Shown in pieces: positions 54,800 to 64,000 of a stretch of 64,000 nucleotides of DNA. The stretch's first letter is position 1. Each line of letters begins with the position of its first letter. This DNA is from Pecten maximus (taxonomy: Eukaryota): the NCBI RefSeq assembly GCF_902652985.1, contig NC_047024.1:5456001-5520000 (forward strand), in the 5' to 3' direction. A program made the position numbers and the translations under genes. The notes below the pieces were generated by a model, which was not told the DNA's origin, did no database searches, and worked only from the letters and a program-made list of their open reading frames with translations.

Positions 54800-56100
54800 A
54801 CGTCCTCCGTCCGCGAGTCTGCAGAGTCTTTCAGGGCTACGACTTGAAAAACAATTCAAATATGTGTTGTGCCCAAGTTGGGTCTTTAACTACAGACAAC
54901 AATTGAAATTTCCTGCGATTCGCAGTAAAGCAGGGAATGTATGTCTGTTTGTTATGAGAGAAAGGTAACTCATGACTATTGATGAGGGAAAATGAGTTGC
55001 ACGTGGATTGTATGAAGTGTGAGCAGTTAGTGTGGTGTATCATTCTAGCCTGCGACCTCAGAGTGCACGGTCAGTTTTGTGTTTTAAAATTAAAAAGTGG
55101 TAAAACTCGGAATGGAATGTAGTTTTAAACTTTATAGGCTGAGTTCAAGATTTTTGTCCGATCGATCAACGTTTTCAGACTGCTAGTAGTCTTATTAAGT
55201 TTTATCTCTGGTTTTTAACCCTGGACGTTTTATGGATGTTTTCGAGAGTGTTGGATTATGAGAGGAAGGATAGACAAATAGGCATAATGATTTATGTTGA
55301 TGTTTAAAATTAGATGCTGCTCCTCTGGGTATATCTGTCGGGCAGGCACAGGCAATGTATTTGAGTGTTGGAGTTATTATTGAAGGAAAAGGGGAACTGG
55401 TCCTCCGTTCGAAGTATAGAACATACTGAAGTTTTGCTGTTTTCTCTGTTGTCATAGGTTTGAGAAAGCATTTTATGTAATTTGCATTACATTTGATGCA
55501 ACCTTAATTTTAATTACACATCTGAGATCAAATATTTGGTACACAAGGCTGAAAGGCCAGTCCAAAAGAGGTAAAAATGTGTAAAATCTGCTCGATACCC
55601 AGTTGCGGTAGAATCAAATACCCAATATCGATTCGGCTCGGGGAGGAACTGGCATTTTCTATTGTTTCTTAAGTAAAATGCTACAAATCTGCGTGTACTT
55701 TTTGCCTTTGAACATATTGTACCAGCCCTATCCGCAGATGGTAATAGATGGGACCCTCAGAAGCCTAAGAGAATTTCAATTCAAGAGTCCTCTTCTTCAG
55801 ACCCTAGGATAACAAATACTTTTAACAGAACATAAGATTTACACGTTTCCACGGAAGATAAAAAAAATACTTGATTCAGTTGTATGAATCTATTGATCAC
55901 CACAAAGTTTTATTTTTGATGAATAGAAAACTTGAAGTCTATTACACATTTACAAAGAAACAGATTGATATAAGTGTAATATTACAAGCGTGCGTGTAAT
56001 ACATCTAAAATAATTGCTAGAAAACCATATGTGTTATTATCTGTATGTCAGAAATTACTAATTAAACGTTTAAAATGAACTTGTGTTGAAGCAAATCATT

Positions 56101-56488
56101 TAAGCATTGATGTCAATGTTTTTTTTAGTTTCATCGGGGTATGAAAAATATTGTGTTTGCCAACTGTATGAATCCGCATAGCGGATTCATACAGAAGTTT
56201 GCGAACAAAATGTTTTTCATACCCCTATGAAACTAAAAAGTAATTGACATCAACGCTTATAATTAATTTAAAAAAAATAATTTTCTAATTTAAAACATGT
56301 TTTATGTACAATTTTACTGGTTTCATATGGGATTTTTTTTCTCAAATCAATACGTAACGCCAATTGTCGTATTGTGACGTCACATTTTTCGCGCCATTCT
56401 CGGAATTTTTTAATAGTGGCATGAACAAAAATCACCACCAATCAGAAAGCCGCATTCTGCGTACAAGCAATGGAAAATTAATTATTAA
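56101..56488. mobile_element. Non-autonomous element with a ~160-bp hairpin (Crypton-like)
   Basis: Arms 56101-56177 and 56181-56259 around the loop ata (gaatccgc ata gcggattc); short inverted pair ataattaatt / aattaattat. Hairpin largely deleted in unit A (~36595-36650). Confidence 0.55.
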
Positions 56489-56761
56489 GCTTTACATCAA
56501 AACATCAGTCCAATTTATTGTTACGTCATACTCGTAAAGATAATTTTACCCCAACATACAATTATTGAAGACTTTATTGTTTTTCACATCAATAATAAAT
56601 CGCTTTTGAATATTACCAAAGATAAGTATTTTGAAGCGAGAGCTTATGTAGGAGAATTTTGAAAGAATATTGGAACTGTAAGATAGTTCATATTTCGTAA
56701 CACTATATCAAGGAAAATACTGCCCGTTGTCGTTGTATAGGAAGATAGCAGTTTGTACTAA

Positions 56762-57187
56762 GGGACCACGGAACCAAATGATTTCCCATAGACGGTAATG
56801 TTAACGTTTATCACGCTACTGCTTAAATGGAGTTTTCAACACTGGTCCAGTAGCAATAATTTTGAAGTATGTCATCTCGGAAACCTATAAATGGAATTAT
56901 AAAAAATTCCACCAATTTGAACTTTTTTTTATATGGGGGCCGCCATCTTGTACTGAAATCAGCACCAAAAATTCATCTAAATTAACAACAAAATACACAC
57001 GTACTTACCTCCCCCTGACAAAAACAGGCTAGCAAAAAAATAACTGTTTTTCTATATATTTTACATCTATATGTATTGCCCGACCCACATATTAAAACTT
57101 TGGAAACTTCTCTCACCTTAATATCCAATCAGTAGGCCCCGATGTGTTCACCTTCCTATTAAATCTTCTGCCCAAACGGGGAAAACC
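56762..57187. mobile_element. ~430-bp insertion specific to unit B, flanked by ctaa/ttaa (possibly Kolobok-like)
   Basis: Unit A reads gtactaaagggccgagg (~37597) without it; GG...CC ends but no convincing TIR. Confidence 0.55.
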
Positions 57188-57694
57188 TTAAGGACCGTGG
57201 CAAAACCAGATGTTAAACTTAAACACCGTCTCTTCTTCCATTAGAGATACGATAAAGACATCTTCTTGACACTATGTAGGCGGATTTCTCTTTTTTTTTC
57301 TTTTTTTTTCTCTCACTCAGAGCCAAGAGGTTATGACTATCAGCCGAACAAAACTAGCAAAAGCCTATAGTTATCTCGACTCTTTACAATTCTACTCGCT
57401 TACAAGCTAATACCTTCAAACATGCATGCACACGTACGTACATACAAACACATACTCATTCAATCAAAGCCACCGTCCAACGCCTATACACACGCAAAAA
57501 GAGACACACAGACATACGACAAACAGACACCATGGACGACATTGACCAATTTAAACCCTGTCACTGTTAGATATATAGACAACCACACAATTCACTGATA
57601 GCCGAATAAAAACACAACATCAGTCAGATACACATATAAAACATTTACACTAGGCGACTTCCTTAAAAGTTCCTTCATTAATGTAATAATATGT

Positions 57695-58232
57695 ATGGCG
57701 AAAAGCAATTTAGTATGTATATCGGCTATGAATGGATCAATAGCACCTGTCCAAATGTTTCCAGACATAATGGTTCAGGCTGATCCCATTCACCAAACGA
57801 TCATTTTTACTGAACAGCTTGCGGCGCAGACCAAACGAATGAACGAGTTAGAACTTTTACATTCAAAAGATGTGACCAAGCTGACCAAACGTGTACAGCA
57901 GCTTTCGGATTCACACGAAAACGATTTGCCTGCTGAACAAAGGAAGTGAAGTAACTTAAAGGTTTATGCGTCACAGATGCAGATATGACATCAATGTTAT
58001 GCAAAGGATAAAATATTTGGAGCGTGTGTGACAAAGATCGCATTTCACATTACGACGACAAGCCGTATAACAAGGGAAGTAACCTTATACTGACTTCGCC
58101 CGCTAAAACAACCTCTGATGAATCAACTACAGCTGAAGGGGACAAATTAAAGCATGGATGACTAACGAGCTCTATAGGTAGTGATGGGAACAGAAGGATC
58201 CAGTCTGGGCATCACAGTATTACTCGTGTCAA
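57695..58232 (+). pseudogene. Orphan relic of a C1qDC exon 1, unit B
   Basis: MFPDIMVQAD...TKRMNELELLHSKDVTKLTKRVQQLSD; the end aggatccagtc...actcgtgtca|ataa matches the exon-1 end with the donor GT replaced by AT; no gC1q exon follows. Confidence 0.8.
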
Positions 58233-58909
58233 TAATTGCATAGCGAATGATGTGGTATTTCGAAAGGACAATTTCAAAAGATCAATTTGTCTATTTATAT
58301 ATCTTCTATCACACCGATCTTGTACACATGTAATTGACAGTCTATTGTGTTACAACGAACTCGGACGAAGGAATCTGAAGTGGTATGTTGCATAGTCTTT
58401 GTAATTTGCATAGATTTGATAATGGGACTTGGTTTTGGATTGGGTTTACCCGATATCACAAGTGAACACTCATTTCATCGTTCAAACACTCATATCGGGC
58501 TTCCTTGGAAATGGATACAATCAAACTGGAGACTAATGGAGATGTTTAACATGACTTCAACACCAGTGAAATGGTCGTTTGAAACAAATGAGTTATCGGC
58601 CAATCGACAAATTACTTCAAGGTTACCAGCCTTCGATCTGAACTATGAAACCTATTTTATCACGGCGGAGAAGAGCTACAGTAAGTTTTTCTCATGGAAG
58701 TTATCCCATACTGTCGTGCTGTTTAGATTACGTCATTCGTGATACATGGGATATTATTTTTTCACAATATGGTGGTATTAAATCATATCATGTCAAGTGG
58801 GATGTCAAATTTGTCATTGGGAAATGTTTGCAAATTAAAACTTGACCGGAAACAATCTGTTTATGTTATTTTTTGGAGATACCACCTTACTATACTGATT
58901 ATGTTCAAG

Positions 58910-59725
58910 GGTCATCGTAATCCTTATATCAGGAGAACAGATAGAGGGGACGAATTTGTTTCTTAATGATTTTTTGAAGTCTGTCAAATTCGATTAGGTA
59001 GGGCAGTGTTCTTCTTTGATGACGTTTGGTCTCCTCAGCTACAGGAATTACCTGGACAGAGCCAGAAATTGGTATGGTCACGATTGTATGTGTCACGGGG
59101 AAGTTCTATATCATTCTAAAGGTAGATAAACCTCCTGGTTTGTGGGGTTTTGAAAACAAGTACTCCTTGTGCGAGTGAACGAGAGTAAAACCAAGGTCTT
59201 GAAGAACCTTCAGCAGGACACAACCTGACAAAATCTCGTCATAATGAGTTATAAGATAAACAAATTAAACAGCTTAACAGGATAATCCCTCCTGGTATGT
59301 TTGAGGTGGTGCGCAAACATATTAACATATATTGAATACATGTGTGATATGGGAATAAAAAAGTCCCTTCTCCTCAAACATAGATTTAGTTAGGACAAAC
59401 AATTGTTCGCTTAGATCCTTTATCGACTATCGGATGTCATAATGAGTTATAAGATAAACAGATTAAACAGCTTAACAGGAGAATCCCTCCTGGTATTTGA
59501 TACATAAATGGATATAGACTCCTACAACATAAGTTGATCAGGTATTGTTCGATGCAGGAACAGAGGTCAGGATATTGACAGGTAGAAATAGAGGATAATA
59601 TACATAAAACTGCCTTCTCAGTAAGTAATTAAATTTCAAGGAACGTGATAGAGTGGGATTTGAGAAGGGCCCAGTTTAAGTGCTGTTCCTTATTATGTTC
59701 ATCAAGGTAAAAAGGAGGTTATAAC
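58910..59725 (+). mobile_element. Gypsy pol relic, unit B copy, interrupted by the DIRS element
   Basis: Colinear with 19371-20082; internal ~58-bp duplication (59238 and 59437). Confidence 0.72.
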
Positions 59726-59747
59726 TGTAAAAGATCAAGGAGTAGTA

Positions 59748-59824
59748 GTGTACAGCCAGCCGGGAGTGAACCCGCGACACTCGGCTTACTGGTCCGCCGC
59801 TCTATCAACTGAGCTAAAGGGAAA
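59748..59824 (-). repeat. tRNA(Thr-AGT)-derived sequence in the 5' terminus of the DIRS element (pseudo-tRNA)
   Basis: Reverse complement reads TAGCTCAGTTGATAGAGC (A-box), CCAGTAA, GGGTTCACTCCC (B-box); the acceptor stem does not pair. Confidence 0.75.
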
Positions 59825-60487
59825 TACTCCCTAGCTTGAAGATAGAAGGCGACAATACAACTATGTACAGTATATAAATTTCGTTTTCGTTATATTTTAA
59901 TTATGTAAAGTCAGGTGGGGTGTGTTTGCACGTGCAGTTGTTACCTGTATACGTCATCGACGAGATTGTTACTGAACAAAGCGGACGTACAACATTTTGC
60001 TCTGTAATATTGAATATGACTGAAGAAAAACAGGGAAATTCTTCTACGGAAATTAGTGCAGAAAATGACGGCATTAATTTAACAACGACAGATGCCCTTT
60101 CATTATTTTCGTCACGTTTGGAGGTAGCACTGGAGAGGCATCAATTCCAGATACTTGAGGAATTTGAAGATAAACTTGGAGCTCATGAGCAGTTGACGGA
60201 GGCTGGTCCATGTAATAAGTCGGACTTCAAGTTCAAGTTTGCTTCCAATTAAAAACAGTTTTTGTTTAATACGTCAAGACAGGGTGAAGTTAAACGTGCT
60301 TTAGTGAACATTAAACAACAAGGTCAGAATAGTCAGGCTGTGGCTATTTTGGAAGAGTGTGTTTCGGCCATTACAGAGAGGAACCAAATTATCAAAATAG
60401 CGGACAAACATGGTTGGGATACGGTCGACGAGTATGTTGATGATCTTATTGCCGATAGTCCTGACGATTCTGTACGTCTCAAGCAGG

Positions 60488-60878
60488 TGTAACCAATACC
60501 ACACTGACGAGTATTCAGTTGTTAAAGATTCTTTATTGTCCAGTTAGATACCTAAAACAATATAATAAAATACGATTACACTCTTACTAACATTCCTCTC
60601 ACACACATTATCTTACAATTGATCATAAATAGATAAAATATGTTAGAGGAAAATAAGAGTGACTTACCAGGGATCCTGCGAGTGTTAACGATTACATGTC
60701 TGTTCACCTGGGCAGGTATCGCAAGAGTGATACCTGTACAGGTAAATGTTGGACAGGTGGCGGGAAAAGAAGAATGGGGTGGTTTAGCCAATCGCACGCT
60801 CACATGCTCACGATACATGTATTACTACATCTACCGGTGACCCCATGACCTGAATATATAATATATACCCAGGTTACA
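60488..60878 (-). mobile_element. 391-bp solo LTR (Gypsy-type) nested in the DIRS gag
   Basis: TGTAACC...GGTTACA termini with a 4-bp TSD CAGG (60484-60487 and 60879-60882); removing it restores LKQAEAGAIRK. Minus-strand AATAAA near 60531-60536 suggests the orientation. Confidence 0.85.
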
Positions 60879-61019
60879 CAGGCAGAGGCCGGAGCTATAA
60901 GAAAAGAAAGACCAAGGCTTCTACAGGTCAAGGGATACCCTATTCAAGGGGAGGTAGTCAGTAACGAGGAGGTTTCAGCGGTCCGGGAGAATTCCCTGGT
61001 TACGGGTCCTCACAAAACT

Positions 61020-63170
61020 ATGCAATCGGGCTTCAGCAAGTCTACGGGGAAGCGACCTCCCGGGATGGAGTGTTCAGCACTTCAGGCAGCCGTCACACGT
61101 ACAGGACAGTTTGGTAGGAATGGTGGCGGCGGAGTTCCCATCTGCTACTACTGCAACGGACCAGGATATTGGGCTAACAACTGTCCAAGGAAGGTCAAGG
61201 CAAGGCCTTGCCCTCAAGCAGCAGGACAGCTCCAGGACCAAAACTCTGAAGCACCAGCTAATTTGGTAAGATCTGATCCATGTGAGATGTATGTTAATTT
61301 AGAAAAATATGATTTGGAGAATTCAACTAATGATAATCTATTAACTATGAAAGGAAGATTAAGAGTTTGTAAAGATTTTACATTAAATGCTTCAGAGAAT
61401 ATTTGTAATGTAGCAGAAATGGGTTATCTAATACCTTTTTTAGAAGAGCCCCCTAGTTCGTTTTCTCGTAATAACAAATCGGCCATATTGCATGAGAAAT
61501 TTCTACAAAATGCCATAGAGGAATTAGTAAAGTCGGGAGTAATCATGGAATGCGAGTCAGTGACGTCTGTTGTCAATCCGTTATCCGTATCGGTTAACGC
61601 GAAAGGGAAAAACAGATTAATTTTGGATCTGAGGTGTGTTAATCAGTTTGTTCAAAAGAAAAAGTTCAAAATGAAAGTTGTAAAGGAAGCATTAAATTAT
61701 GTATTTTCAGACGGCTACATGTTCAAACTTGATTTAAAGTCAGGTTATCATCACGTGGAAATGCATCCAGATCATTTCAAGTTTTTGGGTTTTGCATGGA
61801 AAGTGGACGATGGTACGAAGTACTCCGTTTTCAGGTGTCTGCCGTTTTATCTGTGTTCAGCACCTCATATTTTTACAAAGTTGTTAAGACCCTTAGTGAG
61901 AAGATGGAGGTCCTGGGGTTTCAAAATGGTGGTATATTTAGACGATGGGTAAGGTATGAACGATACGTTCGAATCAACTTTAAAGATGTCCAAGTCTGTT
62001 CATTCTGATTTAGAGAGTGCAGGTTTTCTTCCTAACGATCAGAAAAGTGTATGGGTTCCTGTGCAAAAGTTAGAGTGGTTAGGTTTTGTGTGGAATCTTA
62101 TAGATGGAGTTTTGAATATCAGTGTTGATAAGAGATTGGATATAAAGAAAGTTGCTCAAGATGCTCATCGGGCGAATGGAATTTCAGCTAGAGATGTAGC
62201 TAAACTTACAGGAAAAATAGTCTCTGTCTGGGAGAGTCTGGGGAACGTGTGTAGATTTAGAACTGGATCCCTACATAGCGGTGTATGTCAGAAACAGAGC
62301 TGGGATACTAGGAGTCAGCTTGGAGAAGTGGCTCTGAATGAAGCAGAGTTTTGGGCCGAAAATATCTTAATTTTGTTACCTCGTAAATTTCGATAGTTTG
62401 ATCCTGATTTTGATTTCCACATTTTTACTGATGCGAGTTGTCATGCAGGAGCCGGTTATTGTGTATAATTTGACGATGTTTTAGTACATAATATGTGGTC
62501 TAAGGAAGATGCCTGCAAAAGTTCAACATGGCGCGAGCTCAATGCTATTGAAATAACACTGAAAAGTTTTGCTGAAAAGCTGTTCAATAATAGCGTGTTA
62601 GTTTGTACTGATAATCAGAGTGTCCCACGTATTTTGGAGGTTGGTAGTAGGTGTAAATTTACAACAAATCGCAACCTCGGTGCTGAAGTTAGCAGAACTA
62701 TTCCAATTTTCTTTGAGTATCCAGTGGATACCGAGGCATGATAATCGCTTAGCTGATCAGTTCAGTAGATTCGTTGATTTTGACGACTTGGCTGTAGAAA
62801 ACAGTTTTTTTTTTATTTGTTTGAGAGTAAGTGGGGTCCACACACGTGCGACGTGTTTGCTGACAACAGCAATAACAAGGTCATGACCATTTTTCTCTAA
62901 GTACGCATGCCCGGGTTCAGCTTGAGTGAACACCTACAATTTTGATTGGTCCGCCTACAGATGTTGGGTGGTTCCACCTGTGTGCTTGACAGCGTGAGCT
63001 ATCAATCATCTTGCTGCGTGTAAAGCTAACGGTACTTTAGTGGTCCCACGTTGGCCATCGGCAGCTTTCTGGCCTTTGTTAGTGGCTCCAAACGGAAATG
63101 ATTTCAAAGATGTTGTCATTGATGTTGTTGAATATGTGAAACCAGCACATTTATTCAAAGCAGGTTCTCA
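61020..63170 (+). pseudogene. DIRS gag-knuckle/pol region (RT, RNase H, MT-like) with in-frame stops and frameshifts
   Basis: ORFs 61020-61952, 61956-62396, 62493-62886 and 63040 onward carry consecutive pol motifs; TAA immediately follows YLDDG. Confidence 0.85.
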
Positions 63171-64000
63171 TATTTTTTTTTTTTTTTTTTTCAAACAAAC
63201 ATTTTATTCACTCAGATTTATAGCAATACACATTACAATATTTGTCCTCTCACAAGAGGGCTCTCACTCGTCATACTTCATTCACACACTGATTTAATTG
63301 ACTAGTTTCCATATTGTGTACTGTACCTTATATATCTATTGACTAGGCCTAAAAAATAAAAATAAAAAATATATTACACGGTTTTTGTGTTGTTTTTTTT
63401 AAATCCTCTTATCCGACGACCGTATCGTTGTATTACCCGCCATGCTTACATTTCCGGTTTATATTGGGCATGTGGATTGTGTGTGTGCAGTGTACGTATC
63501 GTCTAGTGATTATCGAGTTCGATGCAACGTTATTTTTATCAACTTCATGGTAAGTACTTACTATTAAAATTAAATTTGTATCTTGACAATATCTGCGTAT
63601 TGAAATTTGCTAATGTCTGTTTCCTTCACGTGTGTGTTTTGTTTTCTCACTCCACGTGGTCGTGATCTGCCGGTGCCTGTGATTGTGTACACGTTGTTGG
63701 TCATGCTTCATTTATAAGGCATATTAGACTGTACTATTAAAAATATTCAATATTCAATTTTACATTTTGTTAAAATATTTATAATAATTTTTTTTTAATC
63801 TATTTTCAGTTGGAGAGTGTTGTGTTCCTGTGTACAGTGTATCTTACTACAGGATGCAGTTCAGTGTATTGAAATATTCTACTCAAAACTGGATTATTAG
63901 AAGTCAGGATTCATTATCTATTCAGGAAGAGACTGAAGAACAGTTTTGAAGATTGGTGTAAAGGATTTATTTCTGTATTTATTAACATGTTCTGTCATTA

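Larger units (their letters stand above)
39890..59649. repeat. Segmental duplication unit B (~19.8 kb)
   Basis: Colinear with unit A; the extra length is mainly the 3-kb LINE. Confidence 0.92.
59726..63170 (+). mobile_element. DIRS-type (tyrosine-recombinase) retrotransposon, decayed; gag, RT, RNase H and MT-like domains present, YR not seen
   Basis: gag IKIADKHGWDTVDEY..DSVRLKQ/AEA; zinc knuckle CYYCNGPGYWANNC; RT DLKSGYHHV, LPF, YLDDG; RNase H FTDAS, SSTWREL, TDNQ, WIPRHDNRLAD; MT-like GPHTCDVFA..VPRWPSAAFWPLL; several stops. Confidence 0.88.

Noticed and set aside
60576-60840. Short ORFs or an intron within the DIRS gag
   Set aside because: The segment has TG...CA inverted ends and a 4-bp TSD, so a solo LTR explains it better than a gene or intron.
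61950-61956. Programmed stop readthrough after YLDDG
   Set aside because: The element has many other stops and frameshifts, so simple decay is sufficient.
62800-63170. Bacterial-type DNA adenine methyltransferase or horizontal transfer
   Set aside because: An MT-like domain after RNase H is a normal part of DIRS pol, and this copy is disrupted.

Overview
AT-rich eukaryotic genomic DNA with spliceosomal introns. The gene and repeat content (coiled-coil C1qDC genes, Helentron/HINE-type satellite carriers, DIRS and Tx1 elements) suggests a bivalve mollusc, which is an inference. The core is a tandem array of four cytosolic sulfotransferase (SULT) paralogs on the minus strand, each with five coding exons of 199/339/104/187/113 nt (313 aa) and an upstream non-coding exon. 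Copies 1 and 4 are intact, copy 2 is intact but spans an N-gap, and copy 3 has two 1-nt insertions. The right two-thirds is a head-to-tail segmental duplication (unit A 23384-39878, unit B 39890-59649). Each unit holds a SULT, a divergently oriented C1q-domain gene and an orphan C1q exon-1 relic; both genes are disrupted in unit A and intact in unit B. The rest is transposon-derived: a HINE with a 157-bp satellite, a 32-bp minisatellite with higher-order structure, Tx1 and CR1-like LINE fragments, a triplicated Gypsy relic, IS3EU-, Kolobok-, hAT- and Crypton-like non-autonomous elements, and a DIRS element with a tRNA-derived terminus and a nested solo LTR. The most notable signals are SULT variation concentrated in the predicted substrate loops, mosaic exon ancestry, the duplicated SULT-C1q cassette with a templated junction, and the tRNA-capped DIRS terminus. 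All alignments were done by eye; no database searches were run.
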